From: a virus
Length of the DNA: 64,000 nt
Reading direction: 5' to 3' (one strand)
Virus record (IMG/VR): IMGVR_UViG_3300020204_000036
Location: 1-64,000 of that record
How positions within the stretch are numbered: position 1 is the stretch's first letter; every line of letters starts with the position of its first letter. Position numbers and translations under genes: made by a program. The notes beneath the pieces are model-generated. The model was not told the origin of the DNA. It saw nothing but the letters and a program-made list of their open reading frames with translations, and did no database searches. Below, in pieces: positions 1 through 11,135 of this stretch.

Positions 1-3000
1 CAGATTATAAAGGTTTAACATTAAGAAGACCAAGTTTATTTGCCCCTAAACCTAACTTTTATGGTGGTGGTGAATCTGACGACTTATTTTCTACTATAAT
101 ATCTCCAATAGAAGCACAAGCGTTAGATAGAAATGGAGACCCAAGTGGTGGTCCTGTATATTCTGTTGGTGAAATTGGAAAATTCTATGAAGGTGAAAAT
201 TTTCAAAAGTATAAGTTTGGATTAAATACTAAAAGTTTTTCAGATGGAACAACAACAATTGGTGGTGGGTTTACATGGTCATCTAAAAGAGGTTATTTTA
301 AAGTCGGGGAAAGGGCGGGTCCTGGTGGATTACAAAAATTTGGTAGTAACAGTGTTTTTACAAAAAACTTTGAATCAGCGTTTAAAGATACTGAATCTTG
401 GAAAATAGAGGAAAATAATGTTTGGAGAGACGGTTCAATATTAGATATCACACAAAAATTAGTAGATTCTGCAGATAGAAACGGAATTAGAAAATTAGAA
501 CACGTTGGAACGGCAATTAACCAAATATCAAAAGTATTCAACGACGGTTATGTTGAAATGACTAAAGGTTCAAGAGTAATAAAATACACAACTAAAAACT
601 CAATTGATAGTAAAGGTGGTGCGTTACGAGGGTTTGAATATTGTAGATTGTTTACAAAAGATAACCCATACTCATTGTATTCACAATTACAAAAAACCCA
701 AGGAAATATAAGGAAGTATTCATATTCTGTTTTAGACAACACTTTCAATTTAAACATTGCACCATTTAACGATAAAAATGGACAACCAACAAATATTGTC
801 GATGGACAAGTAAAAAAATATATGTTATCTCTTGAAAACTTAGCATGGAGAACATCCAACAAACCTGGATTTACAACTGAAGATTTACCAGCATGTGAAA
901 GAGGACCTAATGGTGGAAGAATAATGTGGTTTCCACCGTATAATTTAGATTTTAGTGAAGATTCTGATGTGCGTTTCGAAGATGTCAGTTTTATAGGAAG
1001 ACCTGAAATGATTTATACATATAAAAATACTCAAAGAAGTGGAAGTATTTCTTTTGAAGTATTTGTAGACCACCCATCTATTTCTAATTTACTTGTAGAC
1101 CAAGAATTCAAAGATATAAGACCTGAGTCTGAAATTACAAAAGTTCTCGATTCATTTTTTGCTGGATGTCTCAAATATGATTTATACACTTTAACTAAAA
1201 GATTTGCATTTTTAGCCCCACAAGATATACAAACAGCAATTAATTTAATTAAATATCCAGAGCAAGCAACAACAATTGTTACTGAAACCCCACCAACAAC
1301 ACCTGTAAAAACAGAACAAGGTGCGGCAACCCCACCTGCGGCTACAGATGACGCTGAAAACCCGAAATTTCAAGAAATATTTTTATTTTTCGAAAATGCT
1401 GAACCAAACGATTCTGCTGGAAGCACAACGACACAAAATTTTGAACACTGGTATAATTCTTATGTGGCAAATCAATCAGACTATTCAACTAACCCGTTAG
1501 ATATAGTTTTTAAGTATCAAGACCCTACCAAAACACCAATAAACCCACTAGCTCCAAGTTTTTCATACAAGGATAATGTTGACGCAAGAAAAGATAGTAT
1601 ATCAGATTTCTTTTCAAAAATAACACAAGAGTTCCAAGACCTGAAAGATTTTTTAAGTGAAGTTTTCAAAGTTTTAGATTCAGGAGGTGAAGTAAGTTTT
1701 GACCTTTTGGCTACTGCTAGCTCAACCAACCAAACTGGAAATCAAAAGTTATCAGAAAGAAGAAATGATGCTGTTTTAAAATTTATAGACGAATTCAAAG
1801 TTAACGGCAAACCTCTAAAACAATTTAGAGATGCTAGTCCTCCTAAATTAGTAATAACCCCAAAGGCTGAAGGTTCAAGCGGTAAAGTTAATGACCCTAA
1901 CTATTCAGAAATTGATTGCTCGAAGACTTTTATTGATCCTTACGTTGAAGGAATTTATTCAGTACAGGCTATGGCATGTAGAAGAACAAAAATTAGTAAT
2001 GTTGACATTAAAAGAGCAACACCCCCACCAACCCAAACACCACCCGCACAAGTAGAAAGTGTTAGTCCAAACCCTAACGCAGCGGACCCTACAACGGCAC
2101 CTGTAACACCACAAAATGAAATAATAAATAATTTTAAACAAACACCACAATATAAAGATTTAGCTAAAAAAATAATAAGAAGACTTTTAACTGAGTGTAA
2201 TTATTTTCAAATGATAAAGGAATCTAATCCATTTGTTTATGACAATATTAGAAGTAAATTTCAATACTTTAATCCCACATTTCACTCTATAACACCTGAA
2301 GGGCTAAATTCAAGACTTGTTTTTTTACAACAATGCGTTAGACCTGGAGACACCATACCTACTGTATCACAAAATGCGGGAGGAAGTTATACTCCAGATT
2401 ACAGCGACGCATTCAACAGCGCATTTGGTTCACCACCAATTCTTGTTTTAAGAATTGGAGATTTTTTTCATACTAAAATAGTTCCTACAAGATTAACTTT
2501 CAAGTATGAAGGACAGTCAGGGCCTCTTTTTGACTTAAACCCCGAAGGTATTGGTGTTCAACCAATGGTTGCCAAAGTTGATTTAAGTTTTAACATGATT
2601 GGAGGACATGGTTTGGCGGGGCCTGTAGCTCAATTACAAAACGCATTATCATTTAATTATTATGCAAATACAGAAATGTATGATGAGAGAGCAACAATCA
2701 CAGAAGATGTGACATCTCAATACGACGCCGAATTTTTTGAAGCAATTAGAACTAATCCTTTTGGTAAACCACAGGAAGTTATACAAAATAAAATTGGGAC
2801 AACAATTGGTAAACAAGATTCATCAAAATATGATGCAAACTTAAGTGGATTTACTGGCGTTCTTTCTTATAAGGAAAACATGAAAAATTTCATAGACCTA
2901 ACAAAAGATTACGCTCAAACTGTTTTCCAAAATCTTAAAAATATAAACTCAAAACTATTAATTGGCGGATTACTTATATTCACAAAAGATAGAAAATATC

Positions 3001-3995
3001 AAAATGGATATTTTAACAATATCAACCAACCAACTACAAACTTGGTTAAAATTTTTGGTAAGAGTGAATATGAACAAAAAGTTGATTTACTTTTTTCGAA
3101 AGCAAAAGATGATGTTAAAAATGAAACAAGTCCTGTTTTAAATTTTTTGAATATACAAAACTTTACAAATATATCTACAAGAAAAATAAAAAGAAAATTA
3201 AAAGACATGATAGATGATAGACAATCAAACTATTTGGCTATTTTAAACGAAGCTTCGAATAATATTGTGAACAGTGAGGTTAATGAAACAAAAATGATTG
3301 ATGTTTTAGACCAATTAAATTATGTATGTAATGCTTTTGATGGATATGCTAATGATAAAAAAGAAATTATAGTTTTTTCATTAACGGGAACAACACCTGT
3401 GGATGCATCAAACACGTCTTACGCGAACACATTAGATGAATTACGAGGTGATTTACAAATTATAGGGAGCGGTGTATCGGCATTCACCAATAATTTAGAA
3501 ACTTATAAATTAATACCAACATCAAACGAAGAGTCTTGGAATGATAATTTTCAATTTAATACGTTCATAGACTCAGACCCTTTAGCTATTTCCGCAGAAG
3601 AAAATAGATTTTTTATGATTTTTGGAAAAGAAATAATAGACGATTATAATAAGTTTGTTAATGAAGTTGTTGATGTGGTTAACAATAATGAAAGAAAAAC
3701 TGAATGGACAAATTACATACTAACTAATTTGGGCATCGACACACCAACAGGGATATTTAAACAATATAAATCATCAAAAGATTTTGTAGATAAAAGGTTC
3801 GATGAATTCGAAACTTACTACAACACTGTTTTTTGTTCAACTTGTAGTTATAATATTAACAAAGATAAAGAAAGAAAAATGAATTTCTCTCAAGTATTGT
3901 TTCCTAACCAAACGGAAGTTGACAATATGAAAGCTATAAATTCATCAGTCAATTCTACAGGAGATGAATATAACCTAAAAATATCTTTTAATTAA
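1..3995 (+). CDS. Baseplate tube-initiator-like structural protein with inserted OmpA-like domain (5' truncated)
   Basis: The frame of ORF 558..3995 appears open back to position 3, so the true start is probably outside the window. FPPYNLDFSE..FIGRPEMIYTYKNTQRSGSISF and PPILVLRIGD..PMVAKVDLSF resemble contractile-tail tube-initiator motifs; NQKLSERRNDAV..CRRTKI is OmpA_C-like. Confidence 0.6.
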   Translation, partial: DYKGLTLRRPSLFAPKPNFYGGGESDDLFSTIISPIEAQALDRNGDPSGGPVYSVGEIGKFYEGENFQKYKFGLNTKSFSDGTTTIGGGFTWSSKRGYFKVGERAGPGGLQKFGSNSVFTKNFESAFKDTESWKIEENNVWRDGSILDITQKLVDSADRNGIRKLEHVGTAINQISKVFNDGYVEMTKGSRVIKYTTKNSIDSKGGALRGFEYCRLFTKDNPYSLYSQLQKTQGNIRKYSYSVLDNTFNLNIAPFNDKNGQPTNIVDGQVKKYMLSLENLAWRTSNKPGFTTEDLPACERGPNGGRIMWFPPYNLDFSEDSDVRFEDVSFIGRPEMIYTYKNTQRSGSISFEVFVDHPSISNLLVDQEFKDIRPESEITKVLDSFFAGCLKYDLYTLTKRFAFLAPQDIQTAINLIKYPEQATTIVTETPPTTPVKTEQGAATPPAATDDAENPKFQEIFLFFENAEPNDSAGSTTTQNFEHWYNSYVANQSDYSTNPLDIVFKYQDPTKTPINPLAPSFSYKDNVDARKDSISDFFSKITQEFQDLKDFLSEVFKVLDSGGEVSFDLLATASSTNQTGNQKLSERRNDAVLKFIDEFKVNGKPLKQFRDASPPKLVITPKAEGSSGKVNDPNYSEIDCSKTFIDPYVEGIYSVQAMACRRTKISNVDIKRATPPPTQTPPAQVESVSPNPNAADPTTAPVTPQNEIINNFKQTPQYKDLAKKIIRRLLTECNYFQMIKESNPFVYDNIRSKFQYFNPTFHSITPEGLNSRLVFLQQCVRPGDTIPTVSQNAGGSYTPDYSDAFNSAFGSPPILVLRIGDFFHTKIVPTRLTFKYEGQSGPLFDLNPEGIGVQPMVAKVDLSFNMIGGHGLAGPVAQLQNALSFNYYANTEMYDERATITEDVTSQYDAEFFEAIRTNPFGKPQEVIQNKIGTTIGKQDSSKYDANLSGFTGVLSYKENMKNFIDLTKDYAQTVFQNLKNINSKLLIGGLLIFTKDRKYQNGYFNNINQPTTNLVKIFGKSEYEQKVDLLFSKAKDDVKNETSPVLNFLNIQNFTNISTRKIKRKLKDMIDDRQSNYLAILNEASNNIVNSEVNETKMIDVLDQLNYVCNAFDGYANDKKEIIVFSLTGTTPVDASNTSYANTLDELRGDLQIIGSGVSAFTNNLETYKLIPTSNEESWNDNFQFNTFIDSDPLAISAEENRFFMIFGKEIIDDYNKFVNEVVDVVNNNERKTEWTNYILTNLGIDTPTGIFKQYKSSKDFVDKRFDEFETYYNTVFCSTCSYNINKDKERKMNFSQVLFPNQTEVDNMKAINSSVNSTGDEYNLKISFN

Positions 3996-4000
3996 AAAAA

Positions 4001-4318
4001 ATGCAATATTATAATAGATACCAAAATTTTCTAATAAATGGTCAACAAACTGTTGTTCCATTTGTTAATCTACCCCAAAGAGCATCAGACCAAAGATATT
4101 TTTATGTAAAAAATAAAAGTAGATTAGATAAAATTAGTTTCGAAAAATATGGAACACCATATTTTGGTTGGTTGATTTTGACCGCCAATCCTATTTACGG
4201 TGGATTGGAGACTAATATACCCGATGGTGCAATATTAATAATACCTTATCCATTAATAAGTGCTTTGCAAGGCTACAAAAGCGCATTAGATACACATATT
4301 TTTTATTATGGCCGTTAA
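4001..4318 (+). CDS. LysM-like baseplate wedge protein (T4 gp53/P2 gpX-like)
   Basis: RLDKISFEKYGTPYFGWLILTANP..IPDGAILIIP; lies between tube-initiator and hub genes. Confidence 0.75.
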   Translation: MQYYNRYQNFLINGQQTVVPFVNLPQRASDQRYFYVKNKSRLDKISFEKYGTPYFGWLILTANPIYGGLETNIPDGAILIIPYPLISALQGYKSALDTHIFYYGR

Positions 4319-7300
4319 TGACATAACAAAATTTAGACAAATCTATAATCAAGAAAATAATATTTATGTAGAAGCAGACTACGATAATATTATTTTAATT
4401 GACCCAAACAAAGTTATAGATGCAAACAAGAACGTAAAAGATAGATACGTTCAACAAGAAAACCTTGTAATGTATGCAAACTTAGAAACTCAAATTATAC
4501 CTAGAACAAAATTGGCAATTGGAGATACTTTTGATAGTCCTGTAGTGAATTCTCAAATTGCGTCCCTATCGAATTTTCCCGATGATTTAAAACTTAATTT
4601 TCTTAAACCTAAAGGTAAAAAAGCTTTTGATACAAGTTGGTCTGATGAATTTACGGGAAGAGGAGCCCGTGTTGGGAAAGGAATAAACCAAAACGCCGAA
4701 TACAAAACTTTACAAAACGGTGAAAACGTATTCAAGCAAAAAGTTTTGAATTATGAAGACACCCAAACTTTGGGTATAACAAGAATAGAGGTGAAAATAA
4801 AACCCGCAAATGTCACTGAGGTTACTATAGATTTGATTGATATAAGAGGAAGAGCCTTATTTGAACAAGGTGACAACTCATTATATTCGGTTTTTTTTAA
4901 TTTGCCATACCCTCCTTTTTTTCTTATATTAAAAGGGTATTATGGTAAAGCAATTAGATACCAACTTAGTTTAGTTGAATTTAATGCAAGTTTTGAACCT
5001 GATTCGGGTAACTTTAAAATTTCGTTGAAATTATTAAGTCGTAATTCTGCCATTTTGGCCGATAGTATTATTGCATACGCAAAACACTCACCTAAAATGT
5101 TTCAAACAGAAACAATAATTACAACCAATACATCAAACTCTTTTAATAATGGCGTTAATACTAATAATGTTCAAACTGTTGTTGAATCTATTGGTGTTCA
5201 AAAAATGAAAGAAGCGTATTCGGTATATAAGAGTAAAGGATTAATTACTTCCGATTTTCCTGAAATAACTATCGAAGAATTTATTGCAAAAATTGAAAAC
5301 TTACCGGCTAATTTTCAAGCCGAATTAAAAAAGGCTGATTTTACAGTAATGAAAGATGTTCAAGATTTTCAAACAAACGTTATTAAACTAAGAAATGCTG
5401 TTTTTGCAAATTCTGTAAATGAATTTTTAGACCCTTCTGAAAAAATATTAAAAGGTCAAATACTCTACCCATACAAAGAAAGTATTTCCTATGATGATAG
5501 AATAAAATATAAAAACAGAGTTGAAACAGACATAAAAACCTACGTTGATGCTCTTAAGGCTAATAAAAGTTTTGGAACTAACGGAGAATATAAATTACCA
5601 AACGCAGGTAAAATACCAGGTGAAATACCTATAAAAATATCAATTACAGATGTTTTTGAAAAGGTAGATTTTAACAAACTTACTGATGATGAATTTAGAC
5701 AAAGTTATGCAATTAACTATGGGAACAATCCAACAGATAACCAACTAAACAAATATATTACTGATTTTAAATCAACGAATCCAAACTTTATTTATAACGA
5801 AAAAACAAATCAGCTTGAAGATGTGCGTCCTGACTTTTATAAATTTGGTGATAAAGTTGGAAATTCTCCAAATTATGTTCCTGACAGTTTTTTAGACAAA
5901 ATTCAAAAAATTAGTGACGAGTTAAATAGGAAAAATCAACAAATAGAGCAAGAGCTAACAGAATTTTTAGCCGACAAAGTAGTGAATGGGCCAAATTCTT
6001 TAGGATTTATACCAACTATACGAAACGTATGTGCAGTGATATTTGCAGGTCTTGATGGTTTTTACAGAATGATGGAAAACACACATCAGAGTGCATGGAA
6101 TCAAAGAACAAACCCTACAAGATTAGCATCAATTATTCCCCCAACAAAAAAGTTTGGAGTCGACTCAAAAAATCTTGTAAACGGAACAAATTTATTGAAT
6201 GATTTAAACGTTGTTTATCCTTGGCCACAATATTTTGAAAAAGAAAAACAAAAAGATGGGACAGAGTTGTATGTGATTAAATATCCTGGTGACCCATCTG
6301 TTATAAATACAACTAAAGGATTTGACGGCACTGTTTGGCCTGAGGTTGCATTTACTGAAGCTTACATGAATGCAATAACCCAAAAAATCGTACCACCAAA
6401 TCCAAACTCGTATCCAAACTCAAAAAGTCTAAATGATGTATTATCCATAAATGCTCTTGAGTATCCATTCAAAGTAATCCCATACACTAACACGCAAGAA
6501 CAAAGTTATTTGTATGAAATATTTGAAAGAAGTTACGTTGGTGCTCACTATGCTAAAATGAATAGAACAGGTTACAATACTGAAAACATATCAACATTTT
6601 TAGGTAACTTAGAGGCAAAAAATATTACAACAACAGCAGTTAAAAATAATACTCTTACACAACTACTAAAAGATTTCAGATTTACTTATACGACTTTTTT
6701 AAGTACACTTAGAAAAATATCTAACAATGGAACTGGTACAAATTGGACCTTATATTCTGATTCTAGTTTTGTTACAGAATATATTAAAAATCTTTTGGAA
6801 TTAGATAGTGGAACAAAAACTTTAGACGTTTATAACAATGTTTATAGTTTTGATACTTTAAAAAATAGTTCGGTTGCAATCGATAAATCCATACCTTTAC
6901 CTGACTCCATTAAAAATTTTATCAATGGTTCACAAGCAAACGACACATACTATTTAGATAATTACCCAATAACAAATGTTAATTGGTTAAAAACTAATTT
7001 ACAAGGAGGTCAAAATATAACAACAGTTAATGATTTTAACAAAACACAAACGTTTTTATACTTGGATGAGAAAAAAACTTTGGGTAGAATAGACGAAACT
7101 GAAACTTTAAAAAACATTGGGGCCTTTGTTTCTAAATACGGATTTAAAAACTTTACCCAACCTTTTATGACAAATGTCACTAATAATGTGCCGGTAAATT
7201 CGCAAACCTCACTTAGTAGTTTTTATTCTACTAGATTAGAAAAAGACCTTTATTTAACTGAAAGTATTTTTGATTATGGAAATAGTTATAGTGGCCAAGT

Positions 7301-10300
7301 TGGTACAAAAATACAAACAACATCACTAATCAATACACCATATTTTGTAAATGCAATTGTTGAAGGAGTCGAAAATCAAAAAAACAATGTGACTAACCCA
7401 TATGTTGCATTAGGTTATTTATACCTTAATTCACTTCCATTAATAACAACAAGAGAAAAATTAAAAACTTTCGATGAAACAAGTTCGATACCAACAGACT
7501 TGGATTATTTGGCATCAACTTTTAACAAATTTTCTGCAATTCATAAATTACCTTACGCATGGGTTTTGAAATATGGTAGTATATGGCATAGATATAAAAA
7601 GTATGTCGAAACGAATGTTGATATTTTAGATAATAAAATATGGAACAATTTTGACTATTTGAAAAGTTACGACACAACAGGAACTACCCCAAGTAGCGCT
7701 CTTAAAATAATTGTACCGGCATACACAGGCGGCTCAACACAAGTCGAAATCCAACTTCAAACAACCATACCTTTAGTAGTAAACCCAAGTCAAACTTTAG
7801 ATAATATTACATTGGGTTTTTACCCTAAAGTTATAAACAATGTATATAGGTATTTTTACAGTAAAGATTTACCAATACTCACAACACCGACATATCAATC
7901 TTTTTTAGACGCTTACAATAATAACGGATTTAGAACAGCAACTAATCAATCGTCTGGTAAATTCTATACCTTTGGTTTTGATTTAACAAACCCAAATCGT
8001 TCATTGGGTAATAAAAACTATTACACATTTTTTGATAATCCCGAAAACAGTCAAAACTTTTTAATAATACCATCACAAGGAGGTATTAAAATTAATCAAA
8101 CTAACTTTGAATGTTTTAATACTTTAGACCAAATAAAAGAAGAAGTTTTTAATAATAATTCTGTTTATAATGGTAGTGTAAGAACACTATGGGGTATTTC
8201 ACAATTTGGTTACTTTAACAACTCACTTATTAGAAAACCACTACATAATGAATATCTCAAAACAATTTATACAGATAACTCTAAAAATTTAGATTTTGAA
8301 CTAAGAAATACTACATCAACATACTCAAACATTGAAGAAATTTTTTCAGTGTTTGAACCTGAAATATTAGACAAATTTGAAAAGTTATTTTTAAGTTTTT
8401 GTAACCCAACACCATCAGTATCAGACATTGTTTTAATTGATGAAGTTACAAATTCAAATTATACTAACGTAGGCGGAGTAAGCAACGTTAAAGAAAAAAG
8501 ACTATTTCATCAAATGGAAGCGCTATTTATGGTTCCAAAAAATAGTGTTTCACTTTTGAACGATGAAGCTCAAGACGGAATTCGTTTAGCTGAAAAACAA
8601 ATATCTAATTTTTTCCCTAAGTTGGTAGATTTTTTAAACTTTGATTGTGTATTAAAGTTAGGTAACCCAGGAAATTTCAAAAGAAGAGTTTTTAATTACT
8701 TTAGTGGAAATGCTGCTTTCACACCTTTGAACCCATTAACAGTCCCAAATTATGTAAATGGAACACTACCGAGTGACGGCACAATTCTACCCCCAACTCT
8801 AATACAAAGTATCGCAGCGAAACCGGCCGAATGGAAAGCGTTAAAAAAATATGTTGGTGAATTCACTCAAGATGGTATTAAATATGCAGACTCAGGAAGT
8901 ACAATTACTGATTTTTTTACTGCTAATAAAGGTATGGATGTTGAGTTTACTGTTTCAAACATAGAAACATTTTACCCACTAATTAGGTTATTTGCAAAAC
9001 AAAAGTTAGAAGACCCAACCCTTAATAAAACTAAATTTCAACAGAGTATATCGAATTTTTTATTACAACAACAAAATTTTAACTCAGAAAATTTAACTCA
9101 AACCTTTACAAAACTTAATGCAGACCTACCAACAGTAACAGTGAAAAATTCAGGTATAGTTTATTCGTCTGCAGGTAATGTTGCGAAATTAGAAACGTAT
9201 TCGTTACTTAAAACAATGAATGATAAGTGGATTAGCGGAACCGACTTTTTGAATAAAACAATTTTTGAAGATTTTTTATTTCAAGATAAGGCCGGAAGAG
9301 ATGTTGGTAACGAAATTACAATAGATTTAGAAAAAATTAAAGATTTACTTAAAAGTAATGACAATTCAAGTATGTTGGCGGTTGTAAGTAATATATGTGC
9401 AAACAACAATATGATTTTTTACGCACTTCCCGCTTACGTTAATTTTTATGGAATCCAACAGGCGGTTGCAACAAACCAAAGCATACCTGTTGATGCAACA
9501 GAAACACTATTTGGAACTTTTTTAGATGTTGACTATATAAAGGCAACCCCCAAATTTCTGTTGATGTATGTTGGTAAACCTTCCGAATTTACAGCATCTA
9601 ACGCAGCATACTCAAGGTTTGCTGATGACAGTTTTGACATACGTAAGTCTTCAGACAATCCTTTAAGGCGCCCATCAAGTCCAAACGAAGATTATTCAAA
9701 GAAAAATAGAGTAGTTGGTTTTAGTGTTGATTACGGAACTCAAAACCAAAGCATATTTAAAAGTGTATCGATAGATATGTCTGAGAAAAAAAATACGGCG
9801 GAATCTAATAAGTTGTTTGCACAACTTGGAGCTTCAGTAGCTGGTGATAAAGTGGCTCAACAAACAGTATCATTATATAGTATTTACAAAAGTAGAAGTT
9901 ATGTTGCAAAAGTTGATATGATGGGAAATGCCATGATACAACCGACCATGTATTTTAATTTAAGACACGTTCCTCTTTTCTATGGTCCTTACATGGTTTT
10001 GAGCGTATCACACAGCGTAGCGCCTGGTAAATTTGAAACATCATTGGAAGGTGTTAGAGTATCAAGATATAGTCTACCACAACCGAATAGTTTGATTGAC
10101 ACATTAAATCAAAATTATTTAAATGTCTATAAAGAATCGATATTGAAAGAAACAAAAGTATCAGAGGCTGTGGTAAATGTAGATACCAAACAAGGGACAG
10201 TTGAAGCGGGTTCATTACAGGCTCCTGAAAACATATGTTTGACCGCCACAACTTTCACTACGGTTCCTTTTGTAGACATTAATCTTACACCAATAACTTC

Positions 10301-10883
10301 CACGGATTTACAAACATTATTAAATAGTAAAATAACGACCGCCCTTGCAAAACTTAAACCATTATATTATGGAATTGCTTTTACAAGAATTAATAACAAA
10401 GTTGACTTAATTTCCTGTAGCGCTCCAAATTATAACTTGTTTGAAATATCAACATCAAACAATTATGGTGGTAGTATGAATAGTTTAATTACTCAACAAG
10501 TGTGTTTAACAACGGCCTTAGAAGACACTAGTGTTTCTAAACCATACGCAGTATTCGAAAGTTTTGAAAAAGGGTTAGAATTTTTTAATTCCTTAAATCA
10601 AGCATTTTTACCAATAATTGAAAGTTTAAAAAATTCAAGTACAGAAACAACAGATGCTAAAAAATACGCAGAAGCATACTCACTTTATACTTTATTTAGA
10701 GTTGAAGGTCGATTTGTGAGTCCTGCTGGTGGTGTAGTACTTTACACTAACTTACCAACAAGCGCCGCTGATTTTACACTTAGAAAAGCACAAAAAGTTA
10801 ATTCAAGTTTTCCGGACATACTAGATATTTATAATAGGTATAAAACGGTTTTCGAGAACGCATATGTGTTATTTTTCCCATAA
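4308..10883 (+). CDS. Giant baseplate hub-like protein (gp27/gpD-like)
   Basis: 2191 aa; LGITRIEVK..VTIDLIDIRG near the N-terminus and AKVDMMGNAMIQPTMYFNL..GPYMVLSVSHSVAPGKFETSLEG hub motif near the C-terminus. Confidence 0.6.
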   Translation: MAVNDITKFRQIYNQENNIYVEADYDNIILIDPNKVIDANKNVKDRYVQQENLVMYANLETQIIPRTKLAIGDTFDSPVVNSQIASLSNFPDDLKLNFLKPKGKKAFDTSWSDEFTGRGARVGKGINQNAEYKTLQNGENVFKQKVLNYEDTQTLGITRIEVKIKPANVTEVTIDLIDIRGRALFEQGDNSLYSVFFNLPYPPFFLILKGYYGKAIRYQLSLVEFNASFEPDSGNFKISLKLLSRNSAILADSIIAYAKHSPKMFQTETIITTNTSNSFNNGVNTNNVQTVVESIGVQKMKEAYSVYKSKGLITSDFPEITIEEFIAKIENLPANFQAELKKADFTVMKDVQDFQTNVIKLRNAVFANSVNEFLDPSEKILKGQILYPYKESISYDDRIKYKNRVETDIKTYVDALKANKSFGTNGEYKLPNAGKIPGEIPIKISITDVFEKVDFNKLTDDEFRQSYAINYGNNPTDNQLNKYITDFKSTNPNFIYNEKTNQLEDVRPDFYKFGDKVGNSPNYVPDSFLDKIQKISDELNRKNQQIEQELTEFLADKVVNGPNSLGFIPTIRNVCAVIFAGLDGFYRMMENTHQSAWNQRTNPTRLASIIPPTKKFGVDSKNLVNGTNLLNDLNVVYPWPQYFEKEKQKDGTELYVIKYPGDPSVINTTKGFDGTVWPEVAFTEAYMNAITQKIVPPNPNSYPNSKSLNDVLSINALEYPFKVIPYTNTQEQSYLYEIFERSYVGAHYAKMNRTGYNTENISTFLGNLEAKNITTTAVKNNTLTQLLKDFRFTYTTFLSTLRKISNNGTGTNWTLYSDSSFVTEYIKNLLELDSGTKTLDVYNNVYSFDTLKNSSVAIDKSIPLPDSIKNFINGSQANDTYYLDNYPITNVNWLKTNLQGGQNITTVNDFNKTQTFLYLDEKKTLGRIDETETLKNIGAFVSKYGFKNFTQPFMTNVTNNVPVNSQTSLSSFYSTRLEKDLYLTESIFDYGNSYSGQVGTKIQTTSLINTPYFVNAIVEGVENQKNNVTNPYVALGYLYLNSLPLITTREKLKTFDETSSIPTDLDYLASTFNKFSAIHKLPYAWVLKYGSIWHRYKKYVETNVDILDNKIWNNFDYLKSYDTTGTTPSSALKIIVPAYTGGSTQVEIQLQTTIPLVVNPSQTLDNITLGFYPKVINNVYRYFYSKDLPILTTPTYQSFLDAYNNNGFRTATNQSSGKFYTFGFDLTNPNRSLGNKNYYTFFDNPENSQNFLIIPSQGGIKINQTNFECFNTLDQIKEEVFNNNSVYNGSVRTLWGISQFGYFNNSLIRKPLHNEYLKTIYTDNSKNLDFELRNTTSTYSNIEEIFSVFEPEILDKFEKLFLSFCNPTPSVSDIVLIDEVTNSNYTNVGGVSNVKEKRLFHQMEALFMVPKNSVSLLNDEAQDGIRLAEKQISNFFPKLVDFLNFDCVLKLGNPGNFKRRVFNYFSGNAAFTPLNPLTVPNYVNGTLPSDGTILPPTLIQSIAAKPAEWKALKKYVGEFTQDGIKYADSGSTITDFFTANKGMDVEFTVSNIETFYPLIRLFAKQKLEDPTLNKTKFQQSISNFLLQQQNFNSENLTQTFTKLNADLPTVTVKNSGIVYSSAGNVAKLETYSLLKTMNDKWISGTDFLNKTIFEDFLFQDKAGRDVGNEITIDLEKIKDLLKSNDNSSMLAVVSNICANNNMIFYALPAYVNFYGIQQAVATNQSIPVDATETLFGTFLDVDYIKATPKFLLMYVGKPSEFTASNAAYSRFADDSFDIRKSSDNPLRRPSSPNEDYSKKNRVVGFSVDYGTQNQSIFKSVSIDMSEKKNTAESNKLFAQLGASVAGDKVAQQTVSLYSIYKSRSYVAKVDMMGNAMIQPTMYFNLRHVPLFYGPYMVLSVSHSVAPGKFETSLEGVRVSRYSLPQPNSLIDTLNQNYLNVYKESILKETKVSEAVVNVDTKQGTVEAGSLQAPENICLTATTFTTVPFVDINLTPITSTDLQTLLNSKITTALAKLKPLYYGIAFTRINNKVDLISCSAPNYNLFEISTSNNYGGSMNSLITQQVCLTTALEDTSVSKPYAVFESFEKGLEFFNSLNQAFLPIIESLKNSSTETTDAKKYAEAYSLYTLFRVEGRFVSPAGGVVLYTNLPTSAADFTLRKAQKVNSSFPDILDIYNRYKTVFENAYVLFFP

Positions 10884-10888
10884 CCTAA

Positions 10889-10896
10889 TATTTATA
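10889..10896 (+). promoter_or_regulatory. TATTTATA putative late-promoter element
   Basis: Recurrent intergenic motif, 11 nt before ATG 10908. Confidence 0.55.
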
Positions 10897-10907
10897 ATAA
10901 AAAAACT

Positions 10908-11132
10908 ATGGAAATTAAAATGTTATTAGACAACTATCTTAGAAAAGATACTAAAATCGCGCAAAAAGACAAAGGTAATGGATACCAAGAAGTTTGCGAT
11001 TTGGACACAGGTGATTGTTACACAATAAGAATAAAAGACGGTCTTATTGAACGCGTAGACAACACAATTAAAACAAATAAAACGTTAAAAGTCGAAACCC
11101 CAACAGGGACTAAAACATTGTTAAATGGATAA
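10908..11132 (+). CDS. Hypothetical protein
   Basis: 74 aa ORF with A-rich leader and upstream motif. Confidence 0.7.
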   Translation: MEIKMLLDNYLRKDTKIAQKDKGNGYQEVCDLDTGDCYTIRIKDGLIERVDNTIKTNKTLKVETPTGTKTLLNG

Positions 11133-11135
11133 AAA

